64,000 nucleotides of DNA. Source: an uncultured Chthonomonadaceae bacterium. GTDB taxonomy: Bacteria > Armatimonadota > Chthonomonadetes > Chthonomonadales > CAJBBX01. Location: NCBI GenBank assembly GCA_964519955.1, contig CAZFLM010000013.1:33238-97237 (forward strand), read 5' to 3'. The translations under genes were made by a program, and so were the position numbers. Position 1 is the first letter of the stretch; every line of letters starts with the position of its first letter. Below the pieces are notes generated by a model. The model was not told where the DNA came from. It did no database searches and saw only the letters and a program-made list of their open reading frames with translations. Below are positions 46,406 through 54,048 of the stretch, piece after piece.

Positions 46406-46506
46406 CAGCGCGTCACCATCGACCCGGCCGACCCCGACACCGTCTACGTGATGACGTTCGGCGGCAGCGTGTGGAGGGGGCCGGCGTCGGAGGAGTGAGA
46501 TGGGCT
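46406..46506 (+). repeat. Direct repeat copy B (gene 3'-end remnant); its downstream part resumes at 46586-46640
   Basis: CAGCGCGTCACCATCGACCCGGCCGACCCCGACACCGTCTACGTGATGACGTTCGGCGGCAGCGTGTGGAGGGGGCCGGCGTCGGAGGAGTGAGATGGGCT. After the 81-bp element it continues as CGGCGCGGGAACGGCGGGTCTTGCGCC, as in copy A. Confidence 0.8.
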
Positions 46507-46585
46507 AGCCTGGATCATGCACGAGTGCAGTGGTGGGATGGGCCTCCGTGCCCGTCCGGTGCGACTCATGAATAGGTCAGGCTAG
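46505..46585. repeat. 81-bp CTAG-bounded palindromic REP/MITE-like element, copy 2 (inserted into repeat copy B)
   Basis: CTAGCCTGGATCATGCACGAGTGCAGTGGTGGGATGGGCCTCCGTGCCCGTCCGGTGCGACTCATGAATAGGTCAGGCTAG. The terminal inverted repeat is CTAGCCTG/CAGGCTAG. The element is absent from the otherwise matching sequence in copy A (45812-45830). Confidence 0.75.
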
Positions 46586-46605
46586 CGGCGCGGGAACGGC
46601 GGGTC

Positions 46606-46634
46606 TTGCGCCACTAGCCGCCTCGGAGTATAGT
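46606..46634 (+). promoter_or_regulatory. Sigma70-like promoter candidate for second TA cassette
   Basis: TTGCGC (46606-46611), a 17-nt spacer, then TATAGT (46629-46634). It is homologous in position to 45843-45871. Confidence 0.35.
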
Positions 46635-46732
46635 GGAGTGGACGCACGCGCGAGCAGGTGGGAGTTACCTGTCGCCGAGAGGACTACACGGCCACGGGTG
46701 CCTGGCCACGATCGGAGCGCGAGGGAGCGGCC

Positions 46733-47017
46733 GTGCGTATCGTCGGAGTGGTGTGGCTCGACCAGGTGGTCGACAAGCTCGAGTCGAAGCACGGCGTGAT
46801 GGCCAACGAGGTGCTCGAGGTGCTTGAGCAGCGCCCCTGGTTCCGCTTCGTGGAGAAGGGACACCGGTCCGGTGAGGATGTGTACGCGGCGCTTGGCCAG
46901 ACGGTGGCCGGCCGCAAGCTGATCGTGTTCATCGTCTACAGACATGACGCGCAGGCTCTCATCGTGTCGGCGCGGGACATGACACATGCGGAGCGAGCCC
47001 AGTATGACCGAAGGTGA
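46733..47017 (+). CDS. BrnT/DUF497-like toxin
   Basis: The GTG at 46733 follows GAGGGA. The translation is VRIVGVVWLDQVVDKLESKHGVMANEVLEVLEQRPWF..DVYAALGQTVAGRKLIVFIVYRHDAQALIVSARDMTHAERAQY. It matches the W-D..K..KHgV..E / G..L.V / SARdmt..Er..Y pattern. Confidence 0.6.
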   Translation: MRIVGVVWLDQVVDKLESKHGVMANEVLEVLEQRPWFRFVEKGHRSGEDVYAALGQTVAGRKLIVFIVYRHDAQALIVSARDMTHAERAQYDRR

Positions 47018-47270
47018 GAGCCAGGTCTCGAAGGGGTCCAGCTACGAGGCGATAGGCGAGTACTGGGATGCACACGAACTCGCCAACGTGCTCGTGCAGA
47101 CTGAGCCTGCCGAGTTCGAGGTCGACATTCGGTGGCAGCTCCACTACGTCGCACTGGAGACGGACCTCTCCGAGCCGCTCAGATTGTGCGCCGCGCGCCA
47201 TGGCGTTTCGCCCGACGTGCTCGCCAATCAGTGGCTCAGGGAGCGCCTCGCGCAGGACTCCGCACGCTAG
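47004..47270 (+). CDS. Antitoxin (BrnA/CopG-like, C-terminal RHH-like)
   Basis: The ATG at 47004 overlaps the toxin end by 14 nt. The translation is MTEGESQVSKGSSYEAIGEYWDAHELANV..EFEVDIR..VALETDLSEPLRLCAARHGVSPDVLANQWLRERL. Confidence 0.55.
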   Translation: MTEGESQVSKGSSYEAIGEYWDAHELANVLVQTEPAEFEVDIRWQLHYVALETDLSEPLRLCAARHGVSPDVLANQWLRERLAQDSAR

Positions 47271-47333
47271 CCCGCTCATCCGGCAGCCCAATCCAAACGT
47301 GCCCCGATGCGCGCTGGGTTCAGTCCGCCGCCA

Positions 47334-47443
47334 CCCCCTGCAGCAACGCCCAGCGCGTCGCGTTCGACCCCGCCGACCCCGACACCGTCTACGTGGCGAC
47401 GTTCGGCGGCAGCGTGTGGAGAGGACCGGCGTCGGAGGAGTGA
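47334..47443 (+). repeat. Direct repeat copy C (gene 3'-end remnant)
   Basis: CCCCTGCAGCAACGCCCAGCGCGTCGCGTTCGACCCCGCCGACCCCGACACCGTCTACGTGGCGACGTTCGGCGGCAGCGTGTGGAGAGGACCGGCGTCGGAGGAGTGA. It would encode ..SNAQRVAFDPADPDTVYVATFGGSVWRGPASEE*. Confidence 0.8.
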
Positions 47444-47540
47444 GGGGGCCGGAGCGAGCCCAACACGCATGCCGCCGATCGAGTGTGGCAATTCTCCGTA
47501 CACCGTGGTATGATGCACCTGGTGAAGAAGGAGGACGGGC

Positions 47541-47837
47541 ATGGACGCTGCATCGGCCAGTTCGGCGCGGGTGGACTTCAGGACGACACGCGAGACGAAG
47601 CTGCTCATCGAGCGTGCAGCCGCGTTGCTGGGCATGACGGTGAGCGAGTACGCAAAGGCGTCGCTGGTTGCCCGCTCGAACGAGGTGATACGCCACCATA
47701 CCACCCGCACACTATCCGATCGCGACCGAGACGCCTTCCTGGAGTTGCTCGACGCGGAGACAGCGCCATCGGCTGAGTTGAGCGCCGCCGCCCGATCGTT
47801 CCACGCTTCGGAAGCCGCCGGCGAGATCGTACCGTGA
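47541..47837 (+). CDS. DUF1778 (TacA-like) RHH antitoxin
   Basis: 98-aa ORF reading VDFRTTRETKLLIERAAALLGMTVSEYAKASLVARSNEVI..LSDRDRDAFLELLD. Confidence 0.8.
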   Translation: MDAASASSARVDFRTTRETKLLIERAAALLGMTVSEYAKASLVARSNEVIRHHTTRTLSDRDRDAFLELLDAETAPSAELSAAARSFHASEAAGEIVP

Positions 47838-48349
47838 CGCCCATCCGCATCGAGCGTCTGAGCAAGGCACACGTGAGGGACGCCTTCGACTGCGGAGAGC
47901 CGTCCCTTGATCTGTTCATCCGCTCGATCGCACGGCAGCACGACGACCGCGGCCTCGGACGTACATTCGTCGCCGTCCGCGAGGGATCACCAGTCGTGCT
48001 GGGCTACTACACGCTCGCCGTCGGCAAGGTGGCGTTCGAGCATGTGCCGGAAGCACGCAAGCTGCCGCGCATCCCTATCCCGGTGGTGCTCCTGGGGCGC
48101 CTCGCTGTCGACCGCACGGCACAGGGCGCGGGCCTGGGCGAGACACTGCTGATGCACGCGCTGTGGCGAACGCTGCGGATCGCGGACCAGGCAGGCGTGT
48201 ACGCGGTCGAGGTCGACGCCGTCAGCGAGCCGGCTGTCCGCTTCTACCGACGGTATGGATTCACCCCGTTGCTGGACGATACGAGACACCTCTATCTGCC
48301 GATGAAGGTGATCCGGGCGCTCGACCTGGAGAGCCGCGTCCACGACTAG
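47834..48349 (+). CDS. GNAT-family acetyltransferase toxin (TacT/AtaT-like)
   Basis: The GTG overlaps the antitoxin stop (GTGA). Diagnostic stretches: IERLSKAHVRDAFDCGEPSLDLFI, LGYYTLAVG, VVLLGRLAVDRTAQGAGLGETLL, AVEVDAVSEPAVRFYRRYGF. Confidence 0.85.
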   Translation: MTPIRIERLSKAHVRDAFDCGEPSLDLFIRSIARQHDDRGLGRTFVAVREGSPVVLGYYTLAVGKVAFEHVPEARKLPRIPIPVVLLGRLAVDRTAQGAGLGETLLMHALWRTLRIADQAGVYAVEVDAVSEPAVRFYRRYGFTPLLDDTRHLYLPMKVIRALDLESRVHD

Positions 48350-48506
48350 GCGCCTCGACCCCAGCGCGCAGAGCGGGCGCAGGACATCGCGCATCGGCCC
48401 AGCGTGTGCGGCGGCTTGGTGCGCCCCACCCCAACGCAGGAACCCGCCCGCCGCGCATCGAACGTTCAGCCGGGGGGGCGCTTGGTCGTGACCCCGTCGA
48501 GCGCCC

Positions 48507-50498
48507 GTGCGTGCCGTGACGCCAGAGGCTGCGACTGTCACCAGATCGACCCCGCGCCGACCTTCGGCGCTGTCCCTCCGCGCCGTCTTCCTGGGCCTCA
48601 TCCTCACCGCCGTCGTCGACCTGTGGCTCCACTGGGCCGAGCTGGTGCTGGGCGGACGCGGCCACACGGCCCTCGCGGGCACCAGCATCCCCGTCGGCGC
48701 GTTCAGCGTGCTGTTCGTCGTGGTGACCATCAACCTGCTCGTTACGCGGTTCGTCAAGCCCCTCGCCTTCACCCGCGGCGAGATCCTGGTCGTCTACGTG
48801 ATGATGACCGTCTCGACCGTCATCTCCAGCTCGGGCGGGCTGCACTTCCTCATCCCAACCATCACCGCGGCGTTCTACTACGCCGACACCAGCAACCTCT
48901 GGGCCACCAAGTTCCACTCGGTCATCCCGGACTGGATCGCGCAGAAGGACAAGCACGCCCTCTACGGCTTCTACGTCGGCAACAGCAGCGTGCCCTGGGC
49001 CGCGTGGCGCATGCAGATGCTCGCCTGGGTCGTGTTCATGGTGCTTGTCGCGCTGGCGACGCTGTGCGTGGTCGCCATCCTGCGCCGGCAGTGGATCGAC
49101 CGCGAGCGGCTCGCCTTCCCCACGGTCGCGGTGCCCGTCGAGATGATCCGCGACGGGGCCGGCTTCTTCTCGAACCGGGTGCTGTGGATCGGGTTCGCCC
49201 TCCCGTTCTGCATCAACGTGATCAACACGATCCACCTGAACGTTCCGACCGTCCCCTATCTGCCAACGCGCTCCGACCAACTGCCCGACCTGCTGCAGTT
49301 CATGGACTCGCCTCCCTGGAACGCCATCGGGTCGACGCGACTGTCGCTCTATCCGTTCGTGATCGGCATCGCATATCTGCTGCCTGTCGACATGATCTTC
49401 AGTTGCTGGTTCTTCTATGCGTTCACCAAGGCGGAGGAGGTGTTCGGCTCCGCGAGCGGCATCACCGCGGGAGCGGCCGGCGGCGCGCAGAGCGTGTTCC
49501 CGTACATCGGGCACCAGGGCGCTGGGGCGTTCGCGGCCATCACCATCGCCGGGCTCTGGCTGTCGCGGGCGTACCTGGCCGAGGCGTGGCGGACGGGCTT
49601 CGGGCGTAAGGATCAGCGCGGCGGCGACTCGGACGAACCGATGTCCTACCGCGTCGCCTTCATCGGCCTGTTCCTGTGCCTGGGCGCGCTGGTCCTGTGG
49701 CTCTGGATGGCGGGGATGCGCGCGTGGGTGGCCGTCGTCGCGCTGGGGATCTCGTTCCTCTACATGATCGCCGCGGCGCGCATCCGGGCGGAGACGGGCA
49801 ACGCCTGGCTGTTCGGACCTGACGTCGACGCCTACAAGGTGATGACGACCACGTTCGGCACCTCGATCTACACGACGGCCGACCTGACCATCCTGGCTTA
49901 CCTGCGGAGCGCGATCGCGAGCTGGGACCTGCGCTGCCTGTCGATGCCGAACCAATCCGACGCCTACAAGATGGCCGACGCGCTGGACGTCAACAAGCGG
50001 CGGCTCACCCTCGCGCTCATCGTGGCGATCGTCCTAGGCATCGCGGTCTCCTTCGCCATCGCCCTGATGATCTGGTATGCGTTCGGCGCGGGCGCCAAGA
50101 CCGACACGTGGCGCACCTATATGGGCCGGCAGCCCTTCGATCAGCTCTCGGACGCGATGGGCACGCCGATCAAGGGCGACCTCAGCGGCACGTTCGCCAT
50201 CGGCGCGGGCTTCGGCATCACGGCGCTCCTGCTGTTCATGCGGTCACACTTCATCTGGTGGCCGTTCCATCCGATCGGTTACGCCATCGCCAACACGAAC
50301 ACGATGAACCAGGTGTGGCTACCCTTCTTCATCGCGTGGCTCGCGAAGGTGCTCGTGCTACACTACGGCGGCGCGCGCCTCTACCGCCGGTCGCTGCCCT
50401 TCTTCTACGGGCTGATCCTGGGCGACACGCTCTCGGGCGGCCTCACCACGGCTGTCGGGTGCTTCACCGGCGCCAACATCTACCCGACGAACTGGTAG
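48507..50498 (+). CDS. Large polytopic membrane protein, hypothetical
   Basis: 663-aa ORF with more than 12 hydrophobic segments throughout. No catalytic motif was recognised. The GTG start is uncertain. Confidence 0.65.
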   Translation: MRAVTPEAATVTRSTPRRPSALSLRAVFLGLILTAVVDLWLHWAELVLGGRGHTALAGTSIPVGAFSVLFVVVTINLLVTRFVKPLAFTRGEILVVYVMMTVSTVISSSGGLHFLIPTITAAFYYADTSNLWATKFHSVIPDWIAQKDKHALYGFYVGNSSVPWAAWRMQMLAWVVFMVLVALATLCVVAILRRQWIDRERLAFPTVAVPVEMIRDGAGFFSNRVLWIGFALPFCINVINTIHLNVPTVPYLPTRSDQLPDLLQFMDSPPWNAIGSTRLSLYPFVIGIAYLLPVDMIFSCWFFYAFTKAEEVFGSASGITAGAAGGAQSVFPYIGHQGAGAFAAITIAGLWLSRAYLAEAWRTGFGRKDQRGGDSDEPMSYRVAFIGLFLCLGALVLWLWMAGMRAWVAVVALGISFLYMIAAARIRAETGNAWLFGPDVDAYKVMTTTFGTSIYTTADLTILAYLRSAIASWDLRCLSMPNQSDAYKMADALDVNKRRLTLALIVAIVLGIAVSFAIALMIWYAFGAGAKTDTWRTYMGRQPFDQLSDAMGTPIKGDLSGTFAIGAGFGITALLLFMRSHFIWWPFHPIGYAIANTNTMNQVWLPFFIAWLAKVLVLHYGGARLYRRSLPFFYGLILGDTLSGGLTTAVGCFTGANIYPTNW

Positions 50499-50713
50499 CA
50501 GGCCCGCCTCCTGCGCTGCCCGATCGCGGGCGCGGGACTCGTCTTGCCAACCCGACAACCGACAATGGTATGGGGCACGCCGGCAGGCTCGACCGGTGGC
50601 GGCCCCCGTACGCCCACACTCCAGCTCGATGCTGACGCTCACGCTGCCATCCTGCCACATCGCTAGTTCGCGCCCCGGCCACGCGTGCCCGGATTAGGCC
50701 GGCGGCGCCCAAG

Positions 50714-53700
50714 GTGACAAGCATGCCTCCATGCGGTACCCCGGCACCCGAAGTACTGGGCCGGATTCTGCTTCTCCAGGGCGCCGTCCATGCCGAGCCC
50801 GACGACGAGCGCCTCGCGGAGATGATCACGACCGGCCTGCTGGACCTGCCCGGCGTCACCGGTGCGGCCCTGTGCCATGACGGCGCCGTGCTCGCTCAAG
50901 CAGGCGACGCGCCCAACCCATCGCAGCGGTGCCTGCTGGTCGGCCGCGTGTGCAACGAAGCCTGCGAGGCATCGGTCGAGGGGGCCGTCCGCCTGCCCCT
51001 CCGGGGTTCCCGGCGCTCCTACGGCGCGCTGTTCCTGGCAGTCGGCGACCAGCGCGCGTTCGAGCCGTATCGGCAGTTCCTGGAGAACACCGCCCACCTG
51101 GTCGCCCTGGTCATGGAGAACCGCGAGCAGTCGGAGCAGTTGATGGCCATGAACCGGAACCTCGAGCGGCAGGTTGCGGCCAGAACGGAGAGCCTGGAGA
51201 GGGAGCTGTGCGAACGGCAGCGGCTGGAGCGAGCGCTCCGACACAGCGAGCAGCGGTCTCGCGACGTCATCGAGTCGCTGAACGAGGGCGTGGTCCTGCT
51301 CAACCGTGAGTGGTGTGTCGAGACCGCGAACGCGGAGGCGGCGAGCATCCTGGGCATCACGGCGGAGGCACTGATCGCCGATCTGTCGGTGCTGGCCGAC
51401 TGGGTTGCGTACCGGGAGGATGGCACAGCCTACCTGCCGGCCGAACTCCCGTGGGCGGTGACGCTCAGCACGGGCGTCGGGATGCGGGACCAGGTCATGC
51501 ACGTCCACGCGCCCGGCGGCCGGACGACGTGGGTCAGTGTCAGCACCAACCCGCTCTTCGCCCCAGATGACCTCACGCCCGAAGCCGTTGTCGTCTCGTT
51601 CGCGGATGTCACGAAGCGCAAGCAGGCGGAAGATGCGCTCATCGCCAGCGAGAGATTCCTGCGCCAGACGCAAGAGATCGCGCGGATCGGCGGCTGGAAG
51701 GTCAACCCACACACGGACTACCTCGAGTGGACCGAAGGGGTGTACCAGATCATCGGGGTGCCGCCGGGCCGCCGGCTGGGGCTGGCGGAGGCCCTGGCCT
51801 TCTACCTGCCCAAGTACATCCCCGTGCTGCGCGAGCGGCTGGTTCGCACCCTCGAGACCGGCGAGCCGTTCGTGGAGGAGTGCGAGGTGATGACCGTATC
51901 GGGCGAGCACCTGTGGGCGGAGGTCCGAGGTCTCGCCCACGTCGTGGAGGGCCGCAACGCCTTCGTGGTGGGCACGTTCCAGGACATCACCGCGCGCAAG
52001 CGGGCCGAGGCCGCCATCACGGAGAGCGAGGCCAAGTACAGGGCACTGATCGAGAACACGCGCGACCTGATCTACAGGATGTCCTCTGACGGGCTGCTGA
52101 CCTTCGCCTCCCCAAGCTGGACCGTGCTCCTGGGCCACGACATCGAGGGCGTCGTTGGCTCCCACGTCCACGACTACGTGCACCCCGACGACATGCCAAC
52201 GTGGCGCCGGTACCTACGCGACGTCCTGACGCGGAAGCAGGAGCTGCCCGGCATCGAGTACCGGGCCCGCCACGCGGATGGGTCGTGGCGATGGCACACT
52301 TCCACGTGCACGCCGCTCTCCGACGAGGCAGGCCGGATCACGGAGTTCGTCGGGGTGGCGCACGACATCACCGAGCGCAAGCACGCCGAACTCGCGCTCG
52401 CCGAGAGCGAGCGGCAGTACCGGTTGCTGATCGAGAACACGCACGAGATCATCTACCGCCTGTCGCCGGACTACGTGTTCACCTTCGTGTCGCCGAGTTG
52501 GGCCGACCTACTGGGGCATCGAGCCGAGAGCGTGGTTGGTGTGCGCGTGCGCGAGTTGCTGCATCCGGATGACCTGGACCCCTGCCGCGAGAAGATCGTG
52601 CGTGTGATCGAGGCGGGGGAGCGGTTCGACAATATCGAGTACCGGGTCCGCCACGCGGACGGCACCTGGCGCTGGCACACGTCCAACATCGTGCCGCTCC
52701 GCAGCGGCTCAGGCAAGGTGACCGGGTTCGTCGGCATCGCGCGCGACATCACGCAGCGGCGTCAGGCGGACGAGGAGCGGCAGAAGCTGGAGCACCAGAT
52801 CCAGCAGACACAGAAGCTGGAGAGCCTGGGGGTGCTCGCGGGCGGCATCGCGCACGACTTCAACAACATCCTGATGGCGGTCCTGGGCCATGCGGACCTG
52901 GCTCTCGACGCGCTCCCGCCTCTGTCGCCCGCCATCGGCAACATCGAGCAGATCTCCACCGCCGCGCGCCGCGCGGCCGGCCTGTGCCACCAGATGCTCG
53001 CCTATGCGGGCAAGGCCACGTACAAGCTGGAGCAAGTCGACCTGTCCATCCTCGTCGGCGAGATGGCACACCTGCTCCGCACATCGGTCTCCAAGAAGGC
53101 CGTGCTCAACCTGCACCTCGATGAAGGCCTGCCGCGCGTGAAGGCAGACGCCAGTCAGATGCGCCAGGTCGCCATGAACCTGCTCTTGAACGCGGCCGAG
53201 GCGATCGGCGACGGCCACGGCCGGATCACCGTCTCGGTCGGACTGCAGCAGTGCTCCGAGGACACCCTACGCGGGATGCCTCTGCGCGAGGAGCTGCCGC
53301 CGGGGCACTATGTGTACCTCGAGGTCGTCGACAGCGGGTGTGGAATGGACGCAGCGACCCTCGACCGCATCTTCGAGCCCTTCTACTCGACGAAGTTCCG
53401 TGGGCGAGGGCTCGGCCTGGCCGCGGTCCTGGGCATCGTCCGGGCGCACGGCGGCGGATTGGCCGTGGAGAGCGAGCCGGGGAAGGGATCGACGTTCACA
53501 GTGCTGCTGCCTGCGCTGAACGCTGAGGGGGCGGCAGCCCGCGGCGAGGCGCCTCCGGCCGAACCCGACACGCAGCGCACCGGCACGGTTCTTCTCGCCG
53601 ACGACGAGGACACGGTCCGCTCCGTCACGGCGGCGATGCTGGAGCGCATCGGGTTCCGCGTCCTAACCGCATCGGACGGACGCGAGGCAGTCGAGGCCTA

Positions 53701-53971
53701 CCGAGAGAAGCGTGACGAGATCGTGTTCGTCGTGCTCGACCTGACGATGCCGAACATGGACGGCGCCGAGGCATTCGCTGCGATTCGGGCGATGGACCCC
53801 GACGTCAAGGTGGCGCTGGCGAGCGGGTACAGCGGCGAGGACATCACCTCCCGCTACCCGATGGAGGGCCTGGCGGCCGTTATCCAGAAGCCCTATACCC
53901 TCCGGGCGCTCCGCGAGGTGGTCGCCAAGCTCGTCACCGAGGGCCAGCCCCGCGACGCGTCGCCGTCCTAG
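50714..53971 (+). CDS. Hybrid sensor histidine kinase (GAF, multiple PAS, HisKA, HATPase, receiver)
   Basis: 1085-aa ORF with repeated PAS-like blocks (..YRARHADGSWRWHTS.., ..YRVRHADGTWRWHTS..). H-box is GGIAHDFNNILMAVLGHADL, N-box is LLLNAAEAI, and G-boxes are VDSGCGMD and GRGLGLAAV. The receiver region reads VLLADDEDTVR..DLTMPNMDG..K. An alternative ATG start is at 50723. Confidence 0.85.
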   Translation: MTSMPPCGTPAPEVLGRILLLQGAVHAEPDDERLAEMITTGLLDLPGVTGAALCHDGAVLAQAGDAPNPSQRCLLVGRVCNEACEASVEGAVRLPLRGSRRSYGALFLAVGDQRAFEPYRQFLENTAHLVALVMENREQSEQLMAMNRNLERQVAARTESLERELCERQRLERALRHSEQRSRDVIESLNEGVVLLNREWCVETANAEAASILGITAEALIADLSVLADWVAYREDGTAYLPAELPWAVTLSTGVGMRDQVMHVHAPGGRTTWVSVSTNPLFAPDDLTPEAVVVSFADVTKRKQAEDALIASERFLRQTQEIARIGGWKVNPHTDYLEWTEGVYQIIGVPPGRRLGLAEALAFYLPKYIPVLRERLVRTLETGEPFVEECEVMTVSGEHLWAEVRGLAHVVEGRNAFVVGTFQDITARKRAEAAITESEAKYRALIENTRDLIYRMSSDGLLTFASPSWTVLLGHDIEGVVGSHVHDYVHPDDMPTWRRYLRDVLTRKQELPGIEYRARHADGSWRWHTSTCTPLSDEAGRITEFVGVAHDITERKHAELALAESERQYRLLIENTHEIIYRLSPDYVFTFVSPSWADLLGHRAESVVGVRVRELLHPDDLDPCREKIVRVIEAGERFDNIEYRVRHADGTWRWHTSNIVPLRSGSGKVTGFVGIARDITQRRQADEERQKLEHQIQQTQKLESLGVLAGGIAHDFNNILMAVLGHADLALDALPPLSPAIGNIEQISTAARRAAGLCHQMLAYAGKATYKLEQVDLSILVGEMAHLLRTSVSKKAVLNLHLDEGLPRVKADASQMRQVAMNLLLNAAEAIGDGHGRITVSVGLQQCSEDTLRGMPLREELPPGHYVYLEVVDSGCGMDAATLDRIFEPFYSTKFRGRGLGLAAVLGIVRAHGGGLAVESEPGKGSTFTVLLPALNAEGAAARGEAPPAEPDTQRTGTVLLADDEDTVRSVTAAMLERIGFRVLTASDGREAVEAYREKRDEIVFVVLDLTMPNMDGAEAFAAIRAMDPDVKVALASGYSGEDITSRYPMEGLAAVIQKPYTLRALREVVAKLVTEGQPRDASPS

Positions 53972-54048
53972 CCTGGATCATGCACGAGTGCAGTGGTGGG
54001 ATGGGCCTCCGTGCCCGTCCGGTGCGACTCATGGATAGGTCAGGCTAA
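53968..54048. repeat. 81-bp CTAG-bounded palindromic REP/MITE-like element, copy 3
   Basis: CTAGCCTGGATCATGCACGAGTGCAGTGGTGGGATGGGCCTCCGTGCCCGTCCGGTGCGACTCATGGATAGGTCAGGCTAA. The left CTAG contains the TAG stop of the kinase gene (53969-53971). The right end contains the stop of the convergent gene (54045-54047). Confidence 0.75.

Noticed and set aside
46244-46498. 84-aa ORF (and 47132-47443, 103 aa) ending in ..FGGSVWRGPASEE
   Set aside because: Only the last ~30 codons are meaningful, and they are copies of the BNR gene 3' end. The upstream parts are out-of-frame hicA or antitoxin sequence. I treated them as repeat remnants, not genes.
45704-48507. Integrase, transposase or attC-type hairpins that would explain the TA cassette stack
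   Set aside because: All credible ORFs in the interval are TA components. The only structured repeat is the 81-bp CTAG element, which is inserted into one repeat copy rather than bounding the cassettes.
48261-49955. 564-aa - strand ORF, and likewise 50663-52183 (-) and 54687-56876 (+)
   Set aside because: Each is antisense to a gene with clear TM-segment structure or a clear HK or GH motif structure. No motifs were recognised. These are GC-driven open frames.
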